This document shows positions 42,718-51,533 of a DNA stretch of 59,131 nucleotides, piece by piece. The notes beneath the pieces were generated by a model, which was not told the origin of the DNA, made no database searches, and saw only the letters and a program-made list of their open reading frames with translations. Source of the stretch: a virus. Lineage: Duplodnaviria > Caudoviricetes. Both the position numbers and the translations under genes were made by a program. The DNA lies in the IMG/VR virus record IMGVR_UViG_3300029183_000003, positions 1-59,131 of that record. One strand, written 5' to 3'. Within the stretch, counting starts at the first letter, position 1, and every line of letters starts with the position of its first letter.

Positions 42718-44889
42718 TTAGTCGTTCAGGTAAACAAATGGCGACATGGTATAAGACCCTTGTGGATCAGCCAACGTGATTGCTGACTTTAGCCACGGCT
42801 GACCGTCAAGCCGCTGGGTAAATCGCCACGTGCCTTTGTCGCTGGTGAATGCCGCGTGTTCACTGAACGCAATGCTTAAGCCGCTTCGCTCGAACAGCAG
42901 ATAAGCGGAAAGGTCAGCCAGAACCACACACCCACTATTGTCGTCCTGCGGCAAATGTTCGGATTGCAAAATTTCGTAGCCTAAAATGTTGTTGCCTAAT
43001 GCCGCTTGCAAGTTTGCTTGGAACACGCCGCCGCCTGCGCTTGTCTCGAAATCGCCAATGTCGGGCCAGATGCCAGGGTGGATAATCCAAACAGGCGTGC
43101 CGCCGACTGTCTTAAATCGAGATTGCATTGTGGTTGCATCAGCCCAAGCAAAGGTGTTGTTAGTTCCAGGCGTGTGAGCAACCGCACACGCAGCATTCAG
43201 AATGCCAAGCGGTTCGCCTGCGCCAGTACCGCGCAATACCATCTGCTCGGTTCGTGCGCTAACAGCAACGCCAAACAGTCGGGTCAATAGCACCTCGATA
43301 GATTGCGGACTATCAGCAATCAACTCGTTCTCAACCTCGGTGTAACCGCCGACCTTATTGACGCGCCATTGGATCATCTCGAATCCAGGCTCGGTCTCAG
43401 TCAGCGGGCCGCCTGCGCTGGTGGTCGTTGCTACAACGCCAGCCGCCATAGCAGTCTGTCCACTCCCTGCGGTTGGCGTAATGTACTGATCAAGCGCAGG
43501 ATAGCGACCCGTATCAGAGTTAACCGGAACGCGGGTAACACGTGGCAGGATTTGACTGGTTGTTTCAGCGATTTGAAGCAGTTGATTCGTGAATTCTTCA
43601 GGAACCAGATAGCCGCCTGCTGTACCAGTTTCACCAGAAAGGTCTTTGGTTGAACCATAAACCTTGGTCAGTCGCTTAACGTTACCGTTATAGATAGCAA
43701 GCAGAAAATCAGCGAACGACTTGGTTTCTGGCTTGGTTTCTTCGTCGTCGGGCGCAATAAACCCAACGTCCTTCAGCGGGCCGGAATTCTGCAACTTTTC
43801 CATCAGGCCCGACAATTGATCAGAGAAATCAGTGAATTGAGATTTGAATTCGTTGAACTCGTCCTTGGTCACAACATCGGCGGCGGCTTGCCCGCCATTG
43901 CCACTTGTTGCGTCTTCGTTCTCAACTGCACCGACAGTCTCTTTTGTTTCATCAGCCATTTCTCTACTCTCCTCTGGCTTGTTGTCGGTTGCGGGCGTTT
44001 GCCCGTTGACATTTATATTGATGTTTACTTCGTGCGCGTTTGCCTCCGCTGAATCCTCCCCGGATTCCTGTTGCGTCGATTTCACTTGCAACGGTTCAAC
44101 ATTTTCTAACGATTTGATAGGGATTGCCGCAGTGCGCGGCTCTGCTGGCGTTGGCGTAAGACTGGCGTCCAGACCAAGCGGCCAATGGGTAATATGAAAT
44201 GCACCATTTGACTTTTGCTCACGCTCAACCAAATGCGCCGCCGTGCCGGATGACCAGCCGAGCTTGCCAGCTTCTACCAACTGGTACACGGCCTGTTCGT
44301 ACTCATCTCTGAGATCGAGCTGACCTTCTAGCCATATGCCAGCGTCTTTTACGCTCATATCAGCACGTCCAAGGCGGCGGCTTTTTAGCACTGGATCAAG
44401 ACCGTGGTTGTAATAAATGGTGGTGCGTTTTAGTTCGTCAAGATCAAAATCGGTATTATCGGTAAAAAAGTCACCTTCGAGATCGGTGTTTTTGGCGTCA
44501 CCAAACTGTACCAAGTAGCCACCGACTTTACCACCGCCGAGGGCTTTGACTTCGCCGCCGAAAAACACAACCGATTCTGTATTCTGCTCTTCGCTCATAT
44601 CAACACTCTTTTCGTCCGTGCTTGCCCAGTCATAGCAGGCCCAAAAACCCGGCTTGAATGGGTCTTTCTTTTCGCCACAACTATGGCGGCTCAAGAAGTT
44701 CTCACGGCGTTCTGGGTTGTCACGCTGCATCGGCAAGTTTGGATCGCCGTAATGCACCAGCCGTTCTTGTTCGCCACGGCGTACCGTCCGCATATATTTC
44801 TTATCGTCGCGTGATGACGATCTGCGCCTTGTAGCTCTAACGGTCACACCGTTGTAGGTGTATCTGAAGAAATCTGGCATTTTGGACAA
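42718..44889 (-). CDS. N-terminal extra domain + prohead protease + HK97-fold major capsid protein fusion
   Basis: DLEGDFF, YNHG, GIWLEG, GWSSG, ASLTPTPAEP; AGGYLVPE, GEPLGIL, FTQRLDGQPW. Internal ATG at 43959 with AGAGGAG RBS. Confidence 0.92.
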   Translation of the reverse strand: MSKMPDFFRYTYNGVTVRATRRRSSSRDDKKYMRTVRRGEQERLVHYGDPNLPMQRDNPERRENFLSRHSCGEKKDPFKPGFWACYDWASTDEKSVDMSEEQNTESVVFFGGEVKALGGGKVGGYLVQFGDAKNTDLEGDFFTDNTDFDLDELKRTTIYYNHGLDPVLKSRRLGRADMSVKDAGIWLEGQLDLRDEYEQAVYQLVEAGKLGWSSGTAAHLVEREQKSNGAFHITHWPLGLDASLTPTPAEPRTAAIPIKSLENVEPLQVKSTQQESGEDSAEANAHEVNININVNGQTPATDNKPEESREMADETKETVGAVENEDATSGNGGQAAADVVTKDEFNEFKSQFTDFSDQLSGLMEKLQNSGPLKDVGFIAPDDEETKPETKSFADFLLAIYNGNVKRLTKVYGSTKDLSGETGTAGGYLVPEEFTNQLLQIAETTSQILPRVTRVPVNSDTGRYPALDQYITPTAGSGQTAMAAGVVATTTSAGGPLTETEPGFEMIQWRVNKVGGYTEVENELIADSPQSIEVLLTRLFGVAVSARTEQMVLRGTGAGEPLGILNAACAVAHTPGTNNTFAWADATTMQSRFKTVGGTPVWIIHPGIWPDIGDFETSAGGGVFQANLQAALGNNILGYEILQSEHLPQDDNSGCVVLADLSAYLLFERSGLSIAFSEHAAFTSDKGTWRFTQRLDGQPWLKSAITLADPQGSYTMSPFVYLND

Positions 44890-44891
44890 AT

Positions 44892-44924
44892 AAAAAAGGC
44901 CCAGACTGTTACAGTCTGGGCCTT
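44892..44924 (-). terminator. Terminator/attenuator just before the capsid gene
   Basis: AAGGCCCAGACTGT-A-ACAGTCTGGGCCTT followed by TTTT. Confidence 0.75.
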
Positions 44925-44986
44925 GCGCTTAACTGATTGCTAGTCCTGGCCTTTTACGGCTAGACGTTGCTATTTGGTTGCTGGTC

Positions 44987-45015
44987 ATTATACCACATTA
45001 CGAACGGATGTTCAA
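44987..45015 (-). promoter_or_regulatory. Late promoter 2 with LexA box
   Basis: TTGAAC-17-TATAAT with extended TG; GAAC-GGAT-GTTC at 45002-45013 overlaps the -35. Confidence 0.75.
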
Positions 45016-45146
45016 CACCTCGCGTAAACGCGGCGGCTTGACGCCTGTGATCAACTCGAACAGTGCCGCCGATGCGCCTAAAACGTGATTGATAAATTTG
45101 GCGTACAGTTTGATTTTGTCTTGTTGGGTCAAAGCAACACCTGTGA

Positions 45147-45494
45147 TTAAATACGAACCATTTTTACACCTGTCGGTGGCGGCAACTCGTCATACGGTGT
45201 ATTATCTTCGTCATAAACTGAGGGATCAATATCCCTCTGGCTCTCAGGAATCTTTAACAACTCTTGAAGTGACCATTTTACAATCATCAACTCATCTTTA
45301 GTGTAATCACCCTCGTACAGATCGCAGTACTCAATACACCTTTTAATATTACGATCATCCAGATTAAAATCCTCCCAAACAACGTGAGATGGCCCATAAA
45401 GTAACGGACTGTCATCGTCATTTAACCTATCTAATGCTTCATAATATATATCGGACACAGGTTTTGGTACACCCCAATGACAATACCAACACAT
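45147..45494 (-). CDS. Hypothetical protein (start MCWYCHWG)
   Basis: AAGGGGG RBS; YGPSHVVWEDFNL motif. Confidence 0.7.
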   Translation of the reverse strand: MCWYCHWGVPKPVSDIYYEALDRLNDDDSPLLYGPSHVVWEDFNLDDRNIKRCIEYCDLYEGDYTKDELMIVKWSLQELLKIPESQRDIDPSVYDEDNTPYDELPPPTGVKMVRI

Positions 45495-45649
45495 ATTGAT
45501 CCCCCTTAAGGCAACACCTGCAACACCGACTGAAACAGCCACACGCTAACCGCCGCCGTAATCGAAGCGCACGGTAGCATCATGCTGGCTACAACAAACC
45601 AAGCCATAACGGTTGAGATTTTGTCGCTGGTTACTTTGCTTTCGTTCAT

Positions 45650-45916
45650 TTAATCTCCCGCATTTCCTGCTATACGATCACCCATTCCGGCTTCTGTCAA
45701 GAGATCACATATTTGATCGAGCAAGGATGTTGGCATTTCCCCTAAATCACCCTCTGTAATATGAACGGGCTGAACCACTTCTCCCAACCTCAATTGCAAC
45801 ACAAGCCAGTTATTATCATCCAGTTCCAAGCTGTGTTTTTGATCCTTGCCTGGTGGTATTCGTCGCGTGACCATATTGAGAAAAGACAGTGTTGTCCACA
45901 TAATTTTATCCCCCAC
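45650..45916 (-). CDS. Hypothetical protein
   Basis: GGGGGA RBS before MWTT. Confidence 0.55.
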   Translation of the reverse strand: MGDKIMWTTLSFLNMVTRRIPPGKDQKHSLELDDNNWLVLQLRLGEVVQPVHITEGDLGEMPTSLLDQICDLLTEAGMGDRIAGNAGD

Positions 45917-45921
45917 TAAAA

Positions 45922-46058
45922 ATGACAGAACGTGCGTTCTGATGTATAATATCTGCGTCTAGGCAAACTCGATAGTCAATGGTATAATCTTGACGAAAGC
46001 CGTCTTTCTGTTGGGTTTGCCTAGACACCAAATCCATTGACCAGAGAGGCGGTTTTTA
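45922..46058 (+). promoter_or_regulatory. LexA-boxed promoter and structured leader (switch C)
   Basis: ATGACA-17-TATAAT; GAAC-GTGC-GTTC at 45928-45939. The 5' segment GTCTAGGCAAAC is complementary to the loop of hairpin 45996-46056. Confidence 0.75.
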
Positions 46059-46906
46059 TATTGAGCTATCACTTTTGCAGCGTGTGTAACACACCGATTA
46101 CACTTGATGGTAATCGCAAAAAAAGCAGAAGTAAGCATAACTTTTGTAGCCAGAAGTGCAGAGAAACACCATTCATTAAAAAGAAATGCATCGAATGCGA
46201 CAAGACGTTTTTTAGCACCGCACGAGTAGCAGGCATGATTAAACTTTGTTCTGTCGATTGCCGCCTTGCAAGAAGCAGGCGTAAGCAAATCCACAAAAAC
46301 GGCAGGCTTGTGAGATGCACCTGCGAAAGATGTGGCGGCGAATACAAAGTAAGGCCAAGTGTAGCCAAGGTTCAACGGTTTTGCTCTCAGGCTTGTTCTT
46401 CCAAAACAATAGCCAAGCGTTTCAGGGGTGAAAACAGTCCGGTTTGGAAAAAGAAAACTGCAATCAATTGCGCTTATTGCAGCAAAGCGATTCACGTTCA
46501 ACCAAGCAGGCTTGGAAGAAAAAAGTATTGCTCGGTGAAATGTCGTACAATTGGCAACCTCCAACGCCTTGCCCAGAATCCACGCACTGACATTGAAATA
46601 GCAATGGCTCAACAACTCAATGACTTGAAGATAACTTATCAAGAGCAAGTCTTGTTTTTTGATAAATTTTTGGTTGACTTTTTTATACCAAGTCATAATC
46701 TTATAATTCAGTGTGACGGTCTGTATTGGCATGACAGACCAGAAGCCAAGGCGAGAGATAAAGGTCAAGATAATTACTTCGCTAAATGTGGCTACAGCGT
46801 TCTCAGATTCACAGATAAGCAAATCTACAAAGACATAAACGAATGTGGCAACAAGATATTATCTACTATCAAGGAACTACAAAGCCAACAAAGCAGCGAC
46901 ACCTAG
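46037..46906 (+). CDS. Free-standing DUF559/Vsr-like endonuclease with repeated CxxC-FCS Zn fingers (start possibly 46061)
   Basis: Four C..C...(F/L/Y)CS..C units; TDIE...EQ...VDFF...CDGLYWH...RD...D...GYSVLRF. Opposite strand within the head module. Confidence 0.85.
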   Translation: MTREAVFILSYHFCSVCNTPITLDGNRKKSRSKHNFCSQKCRETPFIKKKCIECDKTFFSTARVAGMIKLCSVDCRLARSRRKQIHKNGRLVRCTCERCGGEYKVRPSVAKVQRFCSQACSSKTIAKRFRGENSPVWKKKTAINCAYCSKAIHVQPSRLGRKKYCSVKCRTIGNLQRLAQNPRTDIEIAMAQQLNDLKITYQEQVLFFDKFLVDFFIPSHNLIIQCDGLYWHDRPEAKARDKGQDNYFAKCGYSVLRFTDKQIYKDINECGNKILSTIKELQSQQSSDT

Positions 46907-47573
46907 GATGCACAGGCGGCGACACAAAACCGCCTGGGAAGACGCCATTGCGATTTTCTCTTGTGCCGTCTAAAGGGCGACAAACAGGGCATAATTTTTC
47001 GTCGCGGGTTACTATCCATACTCGCCTCAATCCAACCTCTTTCCCAACCAACCGCGCCGCTTCACCATAAGCCCGCGTAATCTCAGTCTGCGCAATCATT
47101 TCAGCCCGCCATCGCGGGCCTATGATCTCGCTCAGGCTGTCACTTAACTGACGAACTGTGCCGCCTTGCCGGAGCCACGCGGCTATTCGATTCCTCGCCA
47201 TCTGGCGGCTGGTGCGATTAAGCCCCTTTGCCAGCTTCAGGCTGTGCTTATTGGCCCAACGCTCGGCGGCTACGTTCACCGCCTCATCAACGCCCAGCCC
47301 AACCGTGCCAAGCAACCCGACTGATTGGGCTATGCCGTCACTGGCACTCTTGATGAGTAACCCGGTCAGCACGGCGGCTAGAGCTGTATGTTCTGCTTGC
47401 CAAAACGTGTTATCTGGCACTTGCTCGGTGAATTGTGCTTGCTGTGCAATGCGCTCTGACTGGTCAACCAAGAACGGCTGTACCTCATCAGCGAATACAT
47501 CCTCATCAGCAAATCGTTCTGGCGGTATTTCGTCGCCGTCACGTAAAATGCGTTTAGTGGCCGTTTCGCTCAC
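46869..47573 (-). CDS. MuF / minor head morphogenesis protein
   Basis: RAEMIAQTEITRAY...CPVCRPLDG...PPVHPRCRC. Confidence 0.9.
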   Translation of the reverse strand: MSETATKRILRDGDEIPPERFADEDVFADEVQPFLVDQSERIAQQAQFTEQVPDNTFWQAEHTALAAVLTGLLIKSASDGIAQSVGLLGTVGLGVDEAVNVAAERWANKHSLKLAKGLNRTSRQMARNRIAAWLRQGGTVRQLSDSLSEIIGPRWRAEMIAQTEITRAYGEAARLVGKEVGLRRVWIVTRDEKLCPVCRPLDGTRENRNGVFPGGFVSPPVHPRCRCFVGFVVP

Positions 47574-48951
47574 TGAATACCGCCTTCACTTCCGCCTCGG
47601 AGAAACACAGCGAAAGCTCGTTAAGTATCTGCATTGATTCATCATCGGCTATCACATCACTCTCGAATGGCGCTGCCGCCATGCCGTTAGACTTAAACGC
47701 TGACAATGATTTGCGTTGCCATTTTTCAAGGTCAACGCGCCGCAATGTCTCGGCGTCTTCCGCTGGTTGCGCTTCGGGTTGTCGTGGCAACTGCATTACA
47801 ATGGGTTGTTCGTCGTCGGCTTCTGGATCATCCTCTAGTGGTTCATAGCCCAACATGTCGCGGGCCTCGTTGCGTTCAAGGACTTTGCCTGTAACCAGTG
47901 ATACCAACTGGTCAGCCGTTTCAAGGTTCTGCTTCTGGAACACTTCAAGCCGCTCTGGACGAAACACCAACCGCAGGCCAAGCTCATTTAGATACTGATT
48001 GTTAAACGTCTTAGCCACTCGTTTTGCCCGTGGGTTGAGGGTCATATCATAAAAGTTGATGTAATCCTGATGCGATACCGCAAAGTTGGCGGCATTACTC
48101 ATTACAATGCTATGAGGCACACCCAACGCTGTGGCTACATTCTCACGCTGGATTTCGGTCAGATCACGCATTGCCATTTCACTGACTGGCGGGCCAATGA
48201 TCTCAGGCTTAACCGACGCCTTAATAGCAACAGTCTCCCAAGCGTCTTTGACGCCGCGTAATAATCGTTTCCACCATATTTCCAGCTTGTCCATCTCCGA
48301 GCGCGGCGGGTTACCATCTACTGATAGCAGAATCGGGAATACTGCGCCGCGTACAAAAAACTGTCTCGCAAAATTGGTTGACGAATCAAGAACGCTGGCG
48401 GCGTCAATAGCCGCCTTGCCCTCGGCTGGGCCTGGCCCCACTTCTGCGTCAATCGGCGGCGTCCAGAAATAAACAATTTCCTCTGGCTCTAGTTTCTCAG
48501 GCTCTTGCCCTTTCCGCGTTCGCTCAAAATGAGACAGCCCGACTGTATTATTGTATTTCGGCTTGATGGACTTTGGTGCAAGCCAACGAGGAGCTATCTC
48601 GTCACGCAAAGCATTTTGTTGCTTTAGCAAATACGCTTGGGCGTACAAAGTCATCGCCACCTCGATTTGAAACAACCAATCGTCCAGGTCATTCAATTGC
48701 GGCACGGCATCAGATAACTCGTCCTCTGGTATTGCCTCACCATCGCGCACGATGTCACGTGGTAGATTGCTTAATGCCAGCCCGCGTACATCAACACAAC
48801 GGCGGAAAAATGCCGACTCTTTGTAAACCTTAGTTATATCACTGTCGTCTTTTTCGCCACCTGAAATAACCGTCCAGGCTTCTTCCGGCAAATTATTGAT
48901 ATTCACGGCTTTTGTGCCGTTGAAATAATATGCGCCCGGTTTTGTTACCAT
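47554..48951 (-). CDS. Portal protein
   Basis: FFVRGAVFP, RENVATALGVP, NEARDMLGYEPL. Confidence 0.9.
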   Translation of the reverse strand: MVTKPGAYYFNGTKAVNINNLPEEAWTVISGGEKDDSDITKVYKESAFFRRCVDVRGLALSNLPRDIVRDGEAIPEDELSDAVPQLNDLDDWLFQIEVAMTLYAQAYLLKQQNALRDEIAPRWLAPKSIKPKYNNTVGLSHFERTRKGQEPEKLEPEEIVYFWTPPIDAEVGPGPAEGKAAIDAASVLDSSTNFARQFFVRGAVFPILLSVDGNPPRSEMDKLEIWWKRLLRGVKDAWETVAIKASVKPEIIGPPVSEMAMRDLTEIQRENVATALGVPHSIVMSNAANFAVSHQDYINFYDMTLNPRAKRVAKTFNNQYLNELGLRLVFRPERLEVFQKQNLETADQLVSLVTGKVLERNEARDMLGYEPLEDDPEADDEQPIVMQLPRQPEAQPAEDAETLRRVDLEKWQRKSLSAFKSNGMAAAPFESDVIADDESMQILNELSLCFSEAEVKAVFSERNGH

Positions 48952-50258
48952 AGCATTAGACTCTCATTCGCGGAATCGACATATCGCACAGCGTAACGCA
49001 AGGTGTCCATACCGTGATCGTTAATTTTCAATGGCGATTCCTTTTGCTCTTTACCCTCTTTATTGGGCGGCCAAATATAGCCGGGGAACTCTTCCTCTGT
49101 ACACGTGGGCTTCGCTTGATCACCGTCAACGAGTGACATGTCTAATTCCACCAAGCTCCCCGAAAAAACAAACAGCCCTGGCTTACCGTCCTCTCTGATC
49201 TTTAACCGCTCTTCGACTGCTTGTATACCAGTCGAAATATCTTTTGCGGCTGGGATGTTGTATATCTCGTTTTCAGCCAACGTCTCCCTATCTTCCGCAT
49301 CGTGATCACATATCGTTTGCTCTATATTCTCGCCTTCGCTCAGCTTGTTTATCAAAGCGGCGTGAACCTTCACAGTACGCTTGCTCATATAAATCTCACG
49401 ATACAGATACATCCGGTCATCGCCATCAATAGCCCACCATTGACATACAAATGGATTGGTAAAACCGAAATCAATGACACGAATACGCCGCCAATCGTCA
49501 GGTATATCGAACGGCTTAATAACGTGTATCGAAGCGTCGTAATCTTCATAAACAACGCCCTCGGCTTGCACCCATTTGCCGTCTCTAAGCCGCTTGCGCC
49601 TTACGCCTGACAACGTATTAAGCCTTTTTCCGTAATCAGGCGGGTTGTGCGGATTCTCGCGCCAATTCGAGTAATATACGGCGGCTTGGCCGCCTACAAT
49701 CAGATTGCGGTTAATCCAATGATATGGCGTGTCTGGATTCGTAGTCAAGATAATTTGCGTCCACGGCGCAGCCTTGCCGCGCATACGCGCTATAATTTCC
49801 TCGAAATCCGCCAACGCAAAGGCGTTAGCTTCTTCGATCCATACGATGTCAAGCGCCCCATCTTGCCCTATTGAGCGTATAGCCTCGCGCTGCTGGTCAT
49901 CCTTCATGCCGCCCCAATAAAGCACCGAGCCATTGCTGTACTCAAAACACAAATCAGATTTCTTGAACTCAACGCCGCTATCATCACCTACCACAGTTTT
50001 GCGCATAAATGGCACAACTGATTTGCTGCAAAACTCACGCGCCTTGCGAAGCACTAGCCCATTAGCGCCTTTGTATTTTTTCATAAAGGCGTTGACTTTC
50101 TCGGCGGCAACCCTGGATTTTCCGCCGCCTGCTGCCCCGGTCAACAGCAACACAGGCGACTTGTCTCTAAGCGGCTCAAGTTGCCACGGTAATGGCTCAT
50201 AAATCGCTGTTGGTATCGCCGCCATCATCATCCCAATCGTCTGGTGAGAAAACAACAT
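48945..50258 (-). CDS. terL: Terminase large subunit (PBSX-like)
   Basis: GAAGGGKS, WIEEA, TTNP, IDFGFTNP, DHGMDTLRY. Confidence 0.95.
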   Translation of the reverse strand: MLFSHQTIGMMMAAIPTAIYEPLPWQLEPLRDKSPVLLLTGAAGGGKSRVAAEKVNAFMKKYKGANGLVLRKAREFCSKSVVPFMRKTVVGDDSGVEFKKSDLCFEYSNGSVLYWGGMKDDQQREAIRSIGQDGALDIVWIEEANAFALADFEEIIARMRGKAAPWTQIILTTNPDTPYHWINRNLIVGGQAAVYYSNWRENPHNPPDYGKRLNTLSGVRRKRLRDGKWVQAEGVVYEDYDASIHVIKPFDIPDDWRRIRVIDFGFTNPFVCQWWAIDGDDRMYLYREIYMSKRTVKVHAALINKLSEGENIEQTICDHDAEDRETLAENEIYNIPAAKDISTGIQAVEERLKIREDGKPGLFVFSGSLVELDMSLVDGDQAKPTCTEEEFPGYIWPPNKEGKEQKESPLKINDHGMDTLRYAVRYVDSANESLMLW

Positions 50259-50784
50259 AACCTTTAATTGGCTCGTCGTTGCTAGTCACATCCATTTTTT
50301 GCTTACGCCCACCCGTTTCTTTGGCGATGTCGTCTAGAGAACGCTGTAAGGCGGCGATATGTTGCGCCTTGAATACTTTAACCTTGACTTCCTTGCCGTT
50401 GGCCGATAATTTAATGTCATCTTGGTAAAGCCCGTTCTTTAAGTCGTCTTTAATCTCGTCAATCAGTTCAGACAACGCAACAACGCGGTTGTAAGGCGCC
50501 GCCCAACCTGTAGCCATTATTTCTTCAGCCTCAGCAGTTTTCCGCTCCTCGATGCGCTGGTCATATTCGGCGGCGCGGGTCTGCCAACCATAAGTAGACG
50601 ACCAATCAAGCAAAGTCCTCAAAGTCTTTGTTGGCGGCGAATCCTCTGCTCTTTCTGTGTAGATTTTATGCAACTTTGGTAGTGACCGCCCCGCACCCAT
50701 TCGCAAGTAGTCATTACAGGCCAGCTTTGCCTTATTCGTCTCACGCGGCTTTGGCTCGCCTGCAATCAGTTCGACACCACTCAT
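50197..50784 (-). CDS. terS: Terminase small subunit
   Basis: YLRMGAGRSL...WSSTYGWQTRA; IAKETGGR...DVTS; directly upstream of terL. Confidence 0.8.
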   Translation of the reverse strand: MSGVELIAGEPKPRETNKAKLACNDYLRMGAGRSLPKLHKIYTERAEDSPPTKTLRTLLDWSSTYGWQTRAAEYDQRIEERKTAEAEEIMATGWAAPYNRVVALSELIDEIKDDLKNGLYQDDIKLSANGKEVKVKVFKAQHIAALQRSLDDIAKETGGRKQKMDVTSNDEPIKGYVVFSPDDWDDDGGDTNSDL

Positions 50785-51533
50785 CTGCCAACCCCCACGA
50801 TAAAGTGACCTACAGCGGGCGCGTAGTTGCCCGCGTTAAATTGCACATCAACCCGATAATCAACCAGTCGCGCTGCACTCGGTATCTGTAACTCTTTCAA
50901 AGTAACATTGTCACCGTCAATACTATGGCTACCTTGCGCCATAAACGTGCTAGTCACATCCTCAACCGCCATACCATTGACCAACCGCCACACCGTCGCG
51001 CTTGGCGATGTCGGCGTGCCGCCCCAAGCGGTTGTTGTGACCGCATAAGCCATCCCCTCGCCACGGCGTAGCGTTTGCGGCGATCCAATGGCGGCCAGCC
51101 ACTGATGCATCGGTGACACATCAAGCGGAATTCGTACAACAACCGGGCTATAGCCGCCAGCCTCAACCAACACATCCACGCTGTATATGCCGATGGCCGT
51201 TGCTGGTATCGACAATTCCGGCAACGTGATCGTATTGGTCGATATAGACGCGCTACCCGATGGAATAAAGCTGCTAGTCACATCCGACCAGTGACGATTG
51301 CGAACCGTTACACTTGCCGCTGTCGGCGTAGTGTAGTTGCTCACATCGACTGTGAGTGTGATGCCTTCCCCCGGTGCTGCAAACACCTGCTTCTGGTCAA
51401 CGTAACACGTGTGGCGATCCCAACTCGCCACCGTCAGCGCCGTCGAACGCCGTTTCAGCGTCAACGCAACCGCGACGGAGGGCTGAACATAGGCGACTTG
51501 TTCGCCGCCGCCGAAGAGAAGCAATAAAGACAT
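50781..51533 (-). CDS. Virion protein with two tandem Ig-like repeats
   Basis: DVTSSFIPSGSASI...LPELSIP versus DVTSTFMAQGSHSI...LKELQIP. Confidence 0.6.
   Translation of the reverse strand: MSLLLLFGGGEQVAYVQPSVAVALTLKRRSTALTVASWDRHTCYVDQKQVFAAPGEGITLTVDVSNYTTPTAASVTVRNRHWSDVTSSFIPSGSASISTNTITLPELSIPATAIGIYSVDVLVEAGGYSPVVVRIPLDVSPMHQWLAAIGSPQTLRRGEGMAYAVTTTAWGGTPTSPSATVWRLVNGMAVEDVTSTFMAQGSHSIDGDNVTLKELQIPSAARLVDYRVDVQFNAGNYAPAVGHFIVGVGR

Noticed and set aside
45959-46822. 287-aa minus-strand ORF in the head operon
   Set aside because: Antisense shadow of the motif-rich plus-strand endonuclease.
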